Positions 1-17,990 are shown, numbered from the stretch's first letter. The stretch: 64,000 bases of DNA from Azolla caroliniana (GCA_043228905.1 JBHGNT010000001.1:24738001-24802000); one strand, 5' to 3'. Translations and numbers: made by a program. Notes: generated from the letters alone by a model not told the origin.

Positions 1-690
1 CAGGGGGTTCTTGTATTAGAACAATGTAGCCGGATAGCTTGTCGGCTACACGGATGCCGATTGGGCCGGAAATGCTGGTGACCGTAGGTCTACATCTGGA
101 TATGCGTTTTCATTGGGAAGCGTCGTTGTCGCCTAGAACAGTAAGAAGCATCTGATTGTGGCATTGTCGAGCACCGAGGCGGAGTACTAAGGAGTGGCTA
201 TTGCAAGGTGCAAAGCCATTTGGCTCAAACAGTTATTGAAGGATCTGCAAGTGAAGGTGTCCGATCCGACGTCAATCTACTACGACAACCTCAACAACAT
301 CCAGGAGGCAAAGAACCCCATTTTTCACGTCTGGACCAAGCACATTGAGGTGCATTACCATTTTGTTTGTGAGCGTGTCCTCTCCGGTGAAGTCGAACTT
401 GTGTATGCTCTGATGGATTGGTAGACTACCGACATCTTCACCAAACCTCTCCACCTGGACAAGTTGCAACATTTTTCGGTGATGCTTGGTCTTCAGCATC
501 TTGACATGCTGCACTTGAGGGGGAGATAGGAGGAAACCGGAACGAAAATTGGGAAAATAGGTAATGGTACCGAAAAAACAGCCGGATAGATAAGGGGAGA
601 CAAGAAGAAGAAGGAAGTCGAGTTGACTGAAGAAGTCAGCACATCGAAACAAGTCGGAACAAGCGGAGATGGCGATAGAGTCATGAAGGA
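1..690 (+). mobile_element. Degenerate Ty1/copia 3' fragment (RNase H, PPT-like tract, part of 3' region)
   Basis: Translates to [35 protein letters not shown] with in-frame stops. TTGAGGGGGAGA lies at ~515-526. Downstream sequence resembles 41300-41470, so this is the same family as the 38610-42227 element. Confidence 0.85.
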
Positions 691-696
691 CACAAC

Positions 697-1264
697 TGTT
701 ATCCCCTTCTTTGGAAGCAACACCTTCGATTGTCCTTTCAGAAATCGTATCAAGGGGTCGTGGTACGTGGTGGAAAAATAGAAGGTGCACGAGATTGGCT
801 TTGCAATCAGTGCCGTGTAACGAAATGATCGACGTCGCTTAGCCGTAAGACACGATCTTAATTCAAGAATAAACTTCTAAGTGTGACCGTAAACACAGAA
901 CGTAATAGACCCAAAACCATATATTTATATTACAAGTGGAGGAACAATGATACACGATTCACGAACGGAGTTACAAAACTATGATCAAATGCTTATAGTA
1001 TCCTATCCTAGCTAGGGGGGGCTTCCTCTCTCCTCTGTTCGCTTCCTTCCTTTCATTTCTCCTTCACGTTTTATACCTTTTCCTTTTCTCACTTGGCATG
1101 CTTTAGTCTTCCATTGTTTTCGGCTGCACGTATTGCGGTTGCGTTCATTTGGCTGTATGTTTCTGATTCCGGTTGCCTTCACCTAGTTTGTCTACCTCTA
1201 GATTCGTTTCACACTTAATATACAAAAATTGGCCCACAGACAACACCTGGCACGCTCGTGGGAC
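697..1264 (+). mobile_element. Gypsy-type LTR (697-1245) followed by tRNA-Arg-like PBS, truncated
   Basis: TGTT...AACA termini are followed by TGGCACGCTCGTGGGAC (1248-1264), which resembles the complement of a plant tRNA-Arg 3' end as used by Tat-like elements. Confidence 0.55.
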
Positions 1265-1334
1265 AATGCCTTTGCACGTTGAAGCCACAAAAATGAACAA
1301 AATAACGAGTCGTAAAATGGCTATGGTATGCTTA

Positions 1335-4300
1335 GTCTTCTGTCAAAATGTCGAGGATGCCTTTGGAGGTTGGGTGCATGGTTGTTCCCTCCGTCGTAGC
1401 CGCCGACATAGCTGGTTTTGGCTTGTTCTGTGGGGTTTGCTCGGTTGAAACATCAAGCTTGTGGTCGATATCTATCCTCGTTCCTGGTGGGGTGGGGGCT
1501 TCCTCTTCTTGGTTTGGTTGTCGATCTACGAAAGCTTTCCGTCTCCATTGATCGTTTTCCAATTGGGCGAAACTGGTGATGCGCTCCTCCTCGAGTTCGA
1601 GTAGTTGTTCCAGTCGTTGTTGTTCTGACTCTAATTCGGATAATTGTTCGGTTATTTGCACCCGAAGACTTGGAACTTGGAACTTGATCGGAATCACGGC
1701 TTCCAAGACAAAAGCCATTTGAAAGGGCGTGGACCCGATGTTGGTCTTGAATGCAGTGCGGTAAGCCCACAATGTGTTGTCGTGAAAAATCCGTCACTAC
1801 GTGCGGATCATGAGGCGGAACCGCCAGGGTTCTAGACCGGAAGGATTCGAAGTTTGCACTAGATTTAGCGAGAAAGGATGTAAGATAGATTGACAAAGAG
1901 AGAGAGATTGAGATTAAGATTCCAATTTTGAAATAGATTGAGAAAGATTGAAATGGAGAGAGATTAAGATTGAACTCTTGACTTTAGACTTTAGAGTCTA
2001 ACTTGAAGAACAAGATATATCATCAATTGGATAATGATTTTTCTTCTTATTAAATTCTTGATTCATACATCTCTCTCTTTGATCTTTTTCATCCACACTT
2101 TTATAGACACCCCCATGCATATGATGCATGTGAGGGTACAAGACATGCATACAATGCATGGAATGCATGTGATGCATGTGATGCATGTTTGCCATTTGGC
2201 GCTCATGCATTACATATGATGCATGATAACCATGTCACTCAATCAACCTCTAATATGATAATTTACAAGCATAATGATAGAAAAATCATATTTTAGAGAA
2301 ATGACTTGGCTTAGTTGTAAGTTTACTGCCTCCTATCTTGGAGGTGCAAGGTTCAAGCCTTACTTGCATCCCTTTGTATACAAATTCTTACTAGATTTTT
2401 TTAGTATACATGATTTTGTTCGTTTCACATAGAAATCGTCAATTTGTCTATCTGGTCCATATCTGACCCAGTGATCCGGTCTATTCAGTTCCGGTTCGGC
2501 GCCATCCACCAGCCTGGTTTTGGTTCCGTCGCCATCCGTCCGTTCGGGGTCCGGTTTCGTCTCCGATTCCGTCATCGTCCATTCGGTTTGGTCCTCCAAA
2601 ACCATTACGAGTAGTTAAGCCACAATTTAACCCAAGAACATTCTGTGCTCCACACATAGAAAAAAACTAATAAGTTCTGGCTCTGCTTATATACTATGGG
2701 AGCTTGATTTTGTCCTATCTATGTGGGATATCTCACAATTTTGTTTTTCTCTTCTTCTTCATAAACTTCACACTCACATAACTTGACACTAAGTTGTCCA
2801 TTTCACATGCAATAAAATGCATTCGGAACCTCTTGAAGACATCCATCTTTTCGTACCAAGATATTAAAATAATATAAAATAGTATCTTCACTATTATTGT
2901 TTCATATTGTGTGTGAAGAACCACACTCGATTTTGTACATTCCATGCAATTTTCACATCGTTGCCAAAAATCTTCATGATAGTGTTGTGTAATTTGTCGT
3001 CCCAATCCGTCTTATGCACGTTCACGATTTTCTTGAGAATGTTCTATAGTGTTTTGTTTCTAGACTCGGCGAGCCGGTTGGCTTGAGGATAATAGGGAGT
3101 GCTTTTCTTATGAACCACCGCGTAATGGGAGCTTAAATCGCGGATAAGTTGATTGATAAAGTGTCCTCCTTGATCACTCACCAGTTTGATTGAGCATCGA
3201 AAATGACACCACAAATATTCATACACGAATTTAGCTGTTGACGCGGCCGTGTTGTCGCGGACTGCTTTCGCTTTGACCCATTTTGTGCAATAATCGGTTG
3301 CCACAATTATATACTTGTTACATGTACATGTTGCAGGTGGTTTGAATGGGGCTACGAAATCCAATCTCCATTTCTGGAAGGGTTCCAAAGGGAGAATTGG
3401 TTGGTGCAACATGCGGTCTTGTTCATTCGGTTGGCCCATGCGCTGACAGAGATCGCACTATTTACAAAATTCATGGGCGTCTTTTTTTGTGATAGGCCAC
3501 CATAATCCGCTTTGCCAAAATTTCCGAGTTGTGGCGTCACCGGCATAGTGCCCGCTAGCAATGCCATGGTGGGCTTCGCGTAGAACTGCATCTTTCTGGA
3601 ATTGTCGTACCGCGCATCTCCAAATGTCGTCCGAGCCTTTATGATACATAGTGCCTGTAAACATGCAAAACTTACAGCTTCGGACCGCCAATCGTTTCTT
3701 GGCGTCTAACGTTAGATGTTCGGGTGAGAGGCCAGTGCTTAGGAAATGTGTCATGTCCGTAATCTAGGCGTCTTCGGGATTCGCATGTAGGGTTGTAGTG
3801 TCAAGGGTGAACAAGATGGCGTCAGGTAAGTCATCATATTTTGTTTCGGCTGGTTCCCCGGATTTGAGATGGTTAAGATAATCTGCTACTGCATGTTGGA
3901 GCATCCATCATGCTAATCGACTGGTCAAGGCTTGTTTGTTAACCAAGTATAGAAGTGTCGAATGATCTACGTGAAAACTGAATTTCTGACCGAGCAGATA
4001 ATGAAGAAATTTCGTGATACTGTAGATCATGTCGAGGGCTTCCGGTTCCATGGTAAAGTAGTTCTTTTCGGCCGTGGAGAGTCGTCGACTAGCGTAGTAT
4101 ACAAGATGATACCAGTTCAGAGGTGTTTTATGCATTAGTGCTTCCGATGGCGATGTCGGAAGCGTCCACGAACACGTGGAAAGGTTGCGACTAATTCGAT
4201 GGTTGTACGACTGGGGCATGTGAGAGCATCACTTTGAGGGAACGATAAGCTTCATCTTCCCATTCTGTCCATCGAAATGGAATTGTGTGCACCGCGACAT

Positions 4301-4820
4301 GCAAAGGTGTTGCGAAATCGGCCAAGTAGCGGAGCATGCAACTATGCCACCAAATATGTCCCAAAAAGCGGCTAAGAGCTTTCGTCGTGGTTGGGGCTGG
4401 AGCATTCAGGATAGCGTGCACCTTGTCGGAATCCATGGCTATGGCATCACGACTCACAATGTGACCGAGCAAGGTGTCACTCGTTACGTAGAAAGTGCAT
4501 TTCGTCGGGTTTAAGCTGAGTCGTGCTTGTCAACATCGTTTGAGACACAAGCGTAGATATTTTAGGTGCTCGATTTGTTGTCCATATATGGCAGAATCAT
4601 CGAGCAAGACTTGCATGAACGTCAGGATATAGTCCTCAAAAATTTCGGCAATGATGCATTGGAATGTGGCCGGTGCCGTTTTTAAGCCGAAGATCATGAC
4701 AACTACAATGAACACACCCCATTCGGTCACGAAAGCCATATTCTCTTGGTCATCATGGTGCATCCGGATCTGATTGTAGCCACTAAACCCATCTAAAAAG
4801 CTATAGCATCCGTGGCCCAT
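1335..4820 (-). pseudogene. Degenerate Ty3/gypsy pol (RT-RNase H-integrase), interrupted by the 1778-2981 insertion
   Basis: RT: YSFLDGFSGYNQIRM..FGLKTAPATFQ. RH: YYASRRLSTAEKNY. INT: H..GH..C..C zinc finger, YIIVATDYCTKWV, STPYYPQAN, WAYRTAFKT. Domain order is RT-RH-INT; many stops and frameshifts. Confidence 0.9.
1778..2981. mobile_element. Solo LTR-like insertion with 4-bp TSD (GTGT) containing a tRNA-like A/B-box segment
   Basis: Starts TGTCGTGAA and ends TTCATGATA (TTCACGACA with two C>T). GTGT flanks it at 1774-1777 and 2982-2985. Removing it restores the integrase reading DWDDKLHNTLWAY. Segment 2306-2372 is homologous to 36177-36242. Confidence 0.75.
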
Positions 4821-5229
4821 TCCTTGTAATATTTGTGAACTTCAATCATTCTAAAGATTTGTTGCATTTTTACAAAAATCAATTCGTAATTATTCTAAAT
4901 TGACTACGCCATTAATTGACCTTTTACTATGCCACCACTTGAGGAAATGTTTGTGCAAACTCAGTTTTTTGCTGCAATACTTACTATTAACATTTGCCAT
5001 TTCATGATTTACGTTTATACCTCAATATATAAACTCATTGGAGGTAGTGTTGGTGGTCAACAATTGGTTGAGAGAAGTTGTACTATGATTATTGGTAATT
5101 CATTTAAGGGGAACTCCATTTTATTTTTTTATTTTTTTTCAAAAAAATCTCCTTCCATTAGTTATAAAATTTTACATATGAGAGTATTATATACAAATCC
5201 TTGTAGGGACACGATAGTTCCATCTTATG

Positions 5230-6660
5230 TGGAGCCCATTGACTCAAGAAAGGGAGAGGACGACCATTGTTGGATGAAGGCTAGTCATTGTCTTTCAACT
5301 CCATTGGAGCCGCCCTTGAGGCCATCGTATTGGCTCTTTAGAGTGGACACAACTTCACACCATATCTCTTGCATTAACATTAGTGGATGCACGGTTTGGT
5401 TGGAGAAGACCTGTTTACACCGTTGTTTCCATAGACGCCAAAGAGTTATTGGGTTGACCAATTCCAACACGACTTGAGATTTGGCATTAATAGGAGTTGA
5501 GTGGATATTGGCGATGGTGGAAAAAATAACCTCTTGTGTTTTTATCACCAAAGTCATCCCCTCCTTTTGATGCTCATACCTATCAACTGGGACTTGCCAT
5601 GATAACCAACATACATTTCCCCACTTGATTGTGTCTTGCACCTAGCATAATTGCAATAGGCGGCCAACCCCCTGCCATATTCGATGGGTCTCTGGGCAGT
5701 CCCACAGAGCGTGTCACATTGATTATGTTGCATTTGGGCACGCTACACAATTAGGAGAGGTAAGGTTCCCACCCTGCCATGCTCCAACCGGTAGTGATTT
5801 ATGTATTAATAGCCATTGGAACGTGGTAATTCGCCTTGCATGTTGTTGTTTCCAGATTTTCTGCCAAACCTTGGTGATAATTGTGTGAGGAACATGATAT
5901 GTGTTCCAAACCTTTGCAACAACCAGCTCTCAGGCAGCTTGAGCGGCTAGAATGTGACGATCCAATCTAGTAGTGAATTGGAAGAAAGACGTTGCTTCCT
6001 TGACCTGCATAAGGATCGTGCCATGTCTATTGCAAAGGTTCCCAACTAACCTTACGCAACCATGTGTTTTCATGCGTACATATGTGCCATTCTTGTTGTA
6101 CCTTGATTGGATCGGGATCTACAATCCATTTATGAACAGTATATGCGAGTACTCAAATTGCCATATTGAATGTTAGTGTCTCATTGTCTCGCAATTCAGA
6201 GCCTTCGAGTTTGGCCGGTGTTTCCCTACCTCTTGGGATCAAAGAACCCTCCTCCTCATAGCCTAGATCCATTTCTCCATTGTCATCCTTTGATTAGAAG
6301 CTTCCCTAAGTAGTAAAGTGTTAATGATTTCAGATCTCATAGTCCATCCGCCCTTGATTCCATGGAGTATGTTGGCTTGATCTTGTATTTGCAATGACAT
6401 AAACCGTCTCCAGCATTCTATGCTTTATCCTAGACCTTCTGCAATGGATCCCCATGACAACCCCTTAGTTGATCCAGTTAGTTGATCAGATTCATCTCTG
6501 ATACATGGGTTCCATAGGATACGTTGACTAAGCCAAGCAAGTTCAGAATTAGGTTGATCGCACTTGAGCCCTCGTCTAATTTCACACCAAGCCTTCCACA
6601 TGGAACTCCAATATTTTTAGATGGTTGAACAATAATGAAGGATGATTGTTTGATTGCCCA
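5230..6660 (-). mobile_element. Degenerate L1-type LINE ORF2 3' fragment (zf-RVT region)
   Basis: Minus strand reads VWQKIWK..ITTFQWLLIHKSLPVG..C..C....HALWDC and LWRLWKQRCKQVF, typical of the plant L1 C-terminus. Boundaries are approximate. Confidence 0.7.
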
Positions 6661-7923
6661 AGGCTTTTGTTGGAGCTATCCCCATCGTTTTTATACTTAG
6701 GGATAAATATATATTAATTTTTGTTATTTCTTCGTGTCTATAACTTATATGTGTATCATTTATAAGTGTACCTCATCATGGTTTCATCTATTTGATTAGT
6801 ATAGCTTCACCAATTATGTATTTGGTTGATAGTAAGATCTATTGAGCTCACTCACGCATAACCCAATATTTTCAATATCCCCTTACTTCTTCATGGAAGG
6901 ATTTAGTTAGGAATTCAAGGTACTAATTCCAATAATGTAAGCATGCATCAAACCACCTAGGAACTCCCTCTCTTTTTAGAAAAAACAAACACCAATCCTT
7001 CTCTATGAGAAAACATCACGTGTAGATTTGCTCCATATTGAAAAGAAGTACTTGATAGGGAAATATTGTTTCCGTTACCATGGTTTTTGTTACCATTTCT
7101 AAAAGAATGGCCTCCATTTCAAAGCAAATTGAAGATCATGTGCTGGCATATACCCACTCATCTAGCCAAGTCTTAAAGTGTACTAAGTTGTTCAATATTA
7201 TTCCCTCATACAAATTATGTTAGAATGTTATTAAAGAAATACAAAAAGTTTCATGATTGGCAACAGCATAATTATTGCAAGATAAATGTTCACATAGAAT
7301 GGCATTTCTCTATTGGAAACTACACACTCCAAAAGCAAGAAAACGTAACCAAATTCACTGTGCCATTAGAAATTTAGTGTTACGAAAAAATTAACAAGGG
7401 CACAAACTTTCATTATCTGTGTAACTTGCAAGAATCGAAGACTATAAAAATGGAGTCGTACAAACAAACAATCCCAATGATCTACAGGGGTCAACAAGAT
7501 AAGATAAACACCACATAGAAAAGAGACCATGTTCCATACACCGTGGAGCACAACCTTTTGTCGTTTACTCAATTACCACTCGTTTTCTTAACATTAAGCA
7601 CATAAAATATTATACTAGCAAACCACAAGGAACACTTTAACAACACTCAGACAATCATAATGTCACATTTAATTAGACATTTCCTTTCGCATCAAGTATT
7701 CTTGCGTGTTCTTCATGAGACAAGAATGCGGGATGTTTCTTCTACACATTATAATTATCACAAGCAAAAATTTGACAATATCAAGTTCGAGAAATTTCAC
7801 TTTTTTATTTTCTCAAACTTTTTTCCATCTTAAAAAAGTGACTACATTACATATACTGTATGTGGTTGTGTAAAGAATGGGGTTATAATGAGGTTATGAT
7901 TGAAAAGGTGTGAACGGATTAAG

Positions 7924-11042
<3,119 letters not shown>

Positions 11043-11059
11043 GGCCAGGATTATTTGTT

Positions 11060-11165
11060 GCTGTTATATATATATATATATATCAGCAAAACATGGGATG
11101 GGAACGTGAAGAAGCTATTATTTATGTGTGTATATATACACATCTACTGATAGATTAGTAGCGAC

Positions 11166-11198
<33 letters not shown>

Positions 11199-12470
11199 TG
11201 TATTCAGATGAGAATGAAATGAAGGGACTCTGAGCGAATTTAGAGGCAGACAATCCAACCCTCCTCAGCAAGCTTCATTGGTCAGCCTCTGTATGTATAA
11301 TGTAATGTATGTTATGTATGGATGTATGCATGCATGTATGTTATGTATGCTATGTATGTATGTATCGATAGATAGATATGAATCAAATGTCGCTACTTTC
11401 ATCAGCAGCAGCATTTATTGCCCAATTCTGTATTCTTCTTCTTCTTCTGAAAGGAGGGGCAGGCAGGCGGTCGTCGACGATTGAGTGATAGATAGATAAA
11501 TAGAAAATTAAACAATGATTTGTAGTGAGATGCTACGAATATATCTACTACATATCTAGCTAGTAGCATTACAAAATCTTTTTCTTCCTTGTCTACAGAG
11601 AGAGAGAGATGTAGATATTATTATGGAGTGTGTGGGTGTCCCTATCAAGAGTAAAATTAGTTTAGAGCTACATATATATATATATATATATATCTTCTAT
11701 GTATCTATCTATCAGTATCTATCTATGGTCATCTATGTACATACATACATACATACATAGTGGAGGTGCAGAGACAAGGCAGTAGTAGTGAAGGAGGAGG
11801 AGGAGGAGGAGAAGGAGAGCTTGAGCTTGAGCTTTTTAATGAATTGCTTCTTCATATTTCGTCTTGCCATGGATGGATGGTGTCTTTCTCTGACACTTTT
11901 ACACTCTGAATTCATACATACAGAAAAAGAAAGAAAAAGCACAGTAGCAGCAGCAGTAGTACCCACCCCCCTAGTAAAAACAAAAAAGTAATAAATAAAA
12001 TAATAAATAAAAACGGTATGGTTTACATTTAAAGCCAAATCCTGGTGATTGTTCTCTTTTTCTTTATTTATTGCTCTTTTAATATTTGTTTTTTTATTTT
12101 ACACTGTTGGTCGTACTTACTTCAACCAGTCTTGTTTTTTGTTTTCCTTATTTTATTATTATTTTTTAAATGTCTTTAAATCTCATTTTTATTGCCTTCG
12201 GCGGCGCACGTGGAGGAGGAGGAAAAAAAAAATACAATATTCTAATCATTTATAAAAGTAGCCCTACAGTTTAGATATATATATATATGTGTGTGTGTGA
12301 GTGTGTATATTTATAAAAACAAAAGCGGGCCCCAACAATTTCTTTCTCCACAGTAAAAATATTATTCTTAGGTCTTTTGTGTAGCTAAGGTTTTAAATAT
12401 TTAAGGAGAGGCTCGTGAAACTTTAACATGTGGTAATAATTTTCGTATACACACATACACACACACACGG
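11060..12470. repeat. Microsatellite-rich upstream region of SCPL ((TA)n, (TATG)n, (GA)n, (GT)n)
   Basis: Simple repeats are directly visible at ~11066, 11170, 11596, 11672, 11740, 12275 and 12448. Confidence 0.85.
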
Positions 12471-15400
12471 ATCAAAAGCATCAAAAGTTTTGGGCGTCGA
12501 ATCGATCCAACAAAAAAGAGGCCACAACCGGCTGACCATATTCAAATCTTGTGTGTCAATGATGGCCCAATGGGGGGCATCAATTCATTTCATTGCTTTT
12601 CGGGAAATGGAAATTAAGGGGAAGGAACTTTTTTGTGGTGGTTCTTAATGAAACGAGGAGGTGATAAATTATTTGCCTTTGTGTTTGCAAGCCTTTTGGG
12701 CCTTTTTGGCACTTAGCACGTGCGGCAATCTATCCATATACCAAAGCAATGAACATAAATATAACTTCATGAGGTGCAATTTCATCAATTATAGGAGTAG
12801 CAATGTTTTGGGATAAAATCTTCAAATCGGAGAAGCTAGGAAAGTATGGACTTGCTAAGATCAAGCCAGTATGAACTTTTTCTTTCAAATTATTCTGGGC
12901 TTGCATTGTTGTATAGGGATTTTGAGGAAAAAATATTTTACCAAAAAAGGCATTACACCACAAGAGGCATTGCAGAATGGTTGAATGGCTTAAGCGAAAA
13001 AGTTGGCCTTGGCTAAAATCCATTAGAATGTGAGTTAAGTGATATGGAAATGATATTATTTATTCCATAAAAGGGGTTGGATCCTAACATGTCTAGATAA
13101 GTGCAATTTACTCTTTATGTAAGGATCAAAGAATATACTTTTCTTTGGCAAAATAGATGAACTAAGTAAGAGGTATATTCTAGAGAGAGAGAAAGAGATA
13201 GATAGTTTATATTATCGTCTTCAGAGGTCAAATATGACCTATGAGACCAAAAATATTACATTTCACATGATACGTGTGAAAGTGAGTAGTGAGTCTTGAT
13301 GTTCAAAAATTTTACCAATGAATGTTGCAACTGAGAGTGCACATTGTGGTTGTGAGAGAAATTTGTGAAAGGATTGGGCTCGGTCGAAGAGAGAGAGAGA
13401 GAGAGATACATAAAAGACAATAATAAACTCTACTAATTAGAAATTGACAATGGTTTGGTTTCGACTTAATCAGTTATTTGGTTTGGGAGACTTCAAACTT
13501 AAACCGAACCCGTTCCTAACGTATTAATGCTCAACCAGTTTGGCTTGAGCCATCCCAAACCGAGCTCAAACCAGTTAAGGAAGCTTAAACCTTAACCAAG
13601 TTGAACGATTCAAGCTTAAGTCAAGCCGTTGTCAAGTCCTACTTCTAATCAAATAAGGGGGAAGATTATAGTAATAATGAATCAACAATGATCAAGGTTA
13701 ACGGACATTAGGACCAATCTAGTGATAAATGGGAAAGTGTATGTGATATCTATAATATGCGTTTCATTAATTTTAAGGTGTTACATGCATAACCATAATT
13801 AATTATAAGATAGGTTTTCCGTAGTTTTTCCCTAACCTTATGATGAGTACGTGCAAGTCCATTCTTAATGGAACGAGAGTATAAAGTATAATATTTAATT
13901 CTTTACTATATGATAACTATTAAGTGTGTAATCAATTGACCACTTCACATATTAAAGTAGTTAAGTATAAAGTATTATGTGCATTCACATTCGAGTATGT
14001 TAAATACCATACTTTTGTACTCATTATTTACTATGATATTTATTTACCCTTGAATGACTAGGAGGGCAAAGTAGTGGAGAGGCGTGGTGAAGGCGGATTG
14101 ATGGAGTTGCATCGGTTCCATTTTGTTGAGAGTCTATTACTAATTAATAGACCAAAATAAAGTAAAAAGAAGGAAAATAGATTGGATAGAAGAACCCATT
14201 CCACCCGATGGCCTATACCGTCGGATATTATGATGACTAATACCTTAGAAGAGATAACACGATCGTCGAGACGAAAGCCTAGCCCACACCTCCGATGTCT
14301 AAGACAACAACCTTCTGACGTAATGTCCTTATGAGGGTAGCTAAGCCTCATATTTATACCCCTTCCTAGGCCCCTTGAATAGATGTGCCTTTCTAAAAGG
14401 TTCTCCATTCATTGGTTGTCCAAATCATGATAGTGCATGAACCTATCATTCATTCTATCCAATCACATTAGTCCCCTCTTTAACATTTGTGAGCATACCC
14501 TTCACTTATGTATATACTACTGACCTACCCTCACCTACGTTATGTGTACATAACACATTCTATGGTATGACATATGGCTGTGATGAACATTTGCATCTCC
14601 ATACATACATACAGCTTTCGTGTGAACGCAAATTGTAAATATCACATGAATATTCATGAATAATATAGCAAACCCATCATCATGCGATCTAAACACACCC
14701 CATCATCAATCATAACAATAATAATAATATTAGAAGTAGTATTAGTGATAATAATGTTATTATTATTACTAAAGTGATCACACTCGTCTTGTAAAGTAGA
14801 CATTTGTAGTGGCCACTAATCACATCCAAATTACTAATTGGCCATACATACATACTCTATAATAAGTAGTGACTAGAAGATATTGGCTTGCTCGGTGACC
14901 TAGTCATGCCGTAATTACTAGCCGCTCACCATTTAGAGCTATCGTAATCAAGCACAAGGTTTAGTGGGTGTTAATTCTATTATAGTTAGGCAATTAGCCA
15001 TGAATTAATCCACACTTCCATTAGAATGGTGGAGAGATGTGGTGAAGGTGGGGAAGAAAAAAGGCAAATCCAACATGGAGGCGTAGCGAAGGTCGATCGT
15101 GGAGACATGGTGAGGATCGACATGTTTGGCCCTCTGTTACCTATTCAACCTCTGTCACCCGTTGGACCCTCTATAACGCGATTGAATGCTTGAAAGTGAA
15201 CGAAAAAAACCATAAACATGTTTGGATAATATACGCATTTGTTTACAAACATATGAAAACAAATGAGTATATTAAGTTCTATGGTGTGAACACACTTGGG
15301 CTTAGGGTTTCTACCTATATAAGAAGGCTAGCTACTTTCTTTTCATGAAGGCTTCACTTATGTTGAGACTATGATAATGTGGCTATGGTTCTTATTAGCT

Positions 15401-16396
15401 AAACCTAAGTGATTCACACGGAACCCAAGGTACAACTTGTATTAACCCTCAATGGTATGCAACATCGAGGAGTTTTAGGCCAGTCTCACACCATTGTTAA
15501 GGGGTGGTTGAGTGGTTTAGCACCCTTCTTTCCTTTCTTTGGTCTATAATTCCTTATGTTTTGCTTAATTAATTAATTAGTCTCTAAGACAAGGTATTTC
15601 CTATTGATAAAGCCAATAGTGGACTTTATCGCATACACGCATGCACACACACAATGTGGGTAGTTGTGTTGGTTATCTCCATAGACACGTGATAAATATT
15701 TGGAGGGTGATCCTCTACCCATTCATTGGAAATTTATTATGAAGTCAAGTATAATGGACCAACTCTTCTAAAACACTTCTTTGAGATTTTGTTGCATAAA
15801 ACATTTTGTTCAACATTTATTTTGAAATTTTTAAATAAACCCTGTCCATGCATACAATCACAACAATTACCAACATGTTTTATGTTGATATCCTCAACTT
15901 TGAGAAACATTAGAAGAAAAAAATGTGAGACATTTTCTAAAGCTATTCAAACAAGCTTAAGCTCGAACTACAACCTAATTCAGAAGCATTGTGCCAAAGA
16001 GGTATTTATTATAGCTACCATTTCATTTCTCCTTCATTGGACATGGTTTCAAATGCATGGGAAGTTCTATTTTTCATGTATCCACATGCGAAGAATAACA
16101 AGTACTCCATCTATGATTGGAAGAAAACTCAATGCCATTATTTTTTGACGGATTTTACCACTTCAAGTGGGGCTCGTTATCGTACAAAATGCATGGTTGA
16201 TCAAATTTCCAAGGCACTCATATAAGATTTTTGTTTGCATCTTCCAAAGTATTTGTTAGAGGAAACACAACATATGTAGATAACAAGGGCCTAGTTATTA
16301 AATCCACGTGGTAACCCATTTAATACCTTAGTTGATGGATTAGGTGCTCAACTAACGAGGAGTGTTTGTGGGGTAACCTAAGTGCATTGACGGATG

Positions 16397-16981
16397 TGTT
16401 GGGAAAACAGGTCTCTCCATATGTGTGGGGAAAGCGAATCGATCAACAACAACTCAGTCGAGGCCGAAAAATCAACTGGTTCCCGATTTGGTCGTGGCTA
16501 AAAATCGGGTAATAATCGATTTGGCTAATAGTCAAATCAGAAGTCGACTCGGGTCTATAATTGTAAATAGTCTCAATGTGCCCTTAGAGGGCTATATTTG
16601 TAAATAGCTCATATTGTGTATATGAGTATAAATACATTTAGGGCAAGTAGTTAGGTGGTATGATCATTGTTGTTGAAAACGTTATAGTGTGTAGTTGCCT
16701 CTGTAACTAGAATAGGAGTGTGAGACAGAGTGTGAGTAACTCTATCGCCGTTTGTGGACGAAGAAAAGCTCAAGGCCGTTGCCTTGAAGCGTCTTGCTGT
16801 ATTACTCCTACCATAGTGATTCATTTTGGAGTTTGTGGACGCTTGTGGCTTTTCCCTTGACAAGGTTTTTCCATGTTAACATCTTGTTTCATTGTTTGTG
16901 TCATTTTTTGTTTTGGTTTGTTTCTTCTTGTCTTTGCATTTTACTTGCTATCTAGTTGTGGCCGGCCTCTCATTTACAACA
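16397..16981 (+). mobile_element. Copia solo LTR related to the 28143 and 44692 LTRs
   Basis: TGTTGGGA...ACAACA termini with flanks GGATG/AGATG (4/5 TSD match). Shares GGCTATATTTGTAAATAGC, TTTTCCA(C/T)GT and TTGTGGCCG motifs with the other copia LTRs. Confidence 0.75.
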
Positions 16982-16989
16982 AGATGATG

Positions 16990-17990
16990 GTAGGTGATTG
17001 GTAGTGCGGGTGGCAGTGTTGGAGGGTAAGAGGTGCAATTGAACCCTAACCCTAAGACACTTGATCATGATTGTAAAATATGGCTTTTCAACAACAAGCC
17101 ATTATATGATTTGGAGTGGGATCCATTGGAGGTATGGCGGCAAACACCGGGAACAAACAAACTGAAAATGTTTTTTGAGTACAATACTAAGCTCGGAAGA
17201 TGTATCATTAGCTCCAAATCGGTGGATGTTGTAACGATTCGCAATAGCTAGAAGATAAAGGTATATCAGATGACCTCCTGAAGTCGTTTTGGAGGAGGCT
17301 ATGAGCGTTGGATATGCCTGAAAAAATAAAGGTTTGGTTGTGGCTTCTTAGCCAGAAGGCAATATCAATAGGGAGTGGTTGGGTTCCTGTGGTGGTGAGG
17401 CTGGTTGTAAGTTATGTGGACACACTTTGGAATCAATCTCTCACTGTTTTTGGAACTGTACAGAGGTGATTAACATTTGGAGTAGAAGCCTTAGAATTGT
17501 GGCAACTTGCAGTGTGAACGGGAATGTTGTGTGGGGTTCCATACAGGGTCTGACCCTAAATGGGGAAGCCTGGGGGGAACAGTTAAAACCACAGGGACAT
17601 GGATTTACAATGTAGAGTGGTAGCATGTTCCTATGTGATGGGGTGAGACCTCGCACAAATTCTGAATTTTTTGAGGAGATTTGGCTTATGGTGGCGTGCT
17701 TATTTGGACCAAGCATTGTAGGTTTGTTTTTCAGCGGCAAAAGCTCTCATGCGGTGAGGTGATGCTAAATATCTGGTTCAAACTAGTGGCATGGCTACGT
17801 GGATAGTATGACTCAATTAAGGAGGAATCGAATGAAGCAGAAAGGGCAAGGTTTAAGTTTTTGCTTAAATGGGGTGGTTCTCCCATGATGATCAAATCTT
17901 CAACGAGGCCTATGTGGAACTACTAGGATCCTAGGGTGGTTGTTTCCGCTGATGGCTCCCAATATTGTACATGGGATGTAAATATGCAGG
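16990..17990 (+). mobile_element. Degenerate L1-type LINE ORF2 3' fragment (zf-RVT)
   Basis: Reads LDMPEKIKVWLWLLSQKAI..CKLCGHTLESISHCFWNC, with stops and frameshifts. Boundaries are approximate. Confidence 0.7.
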
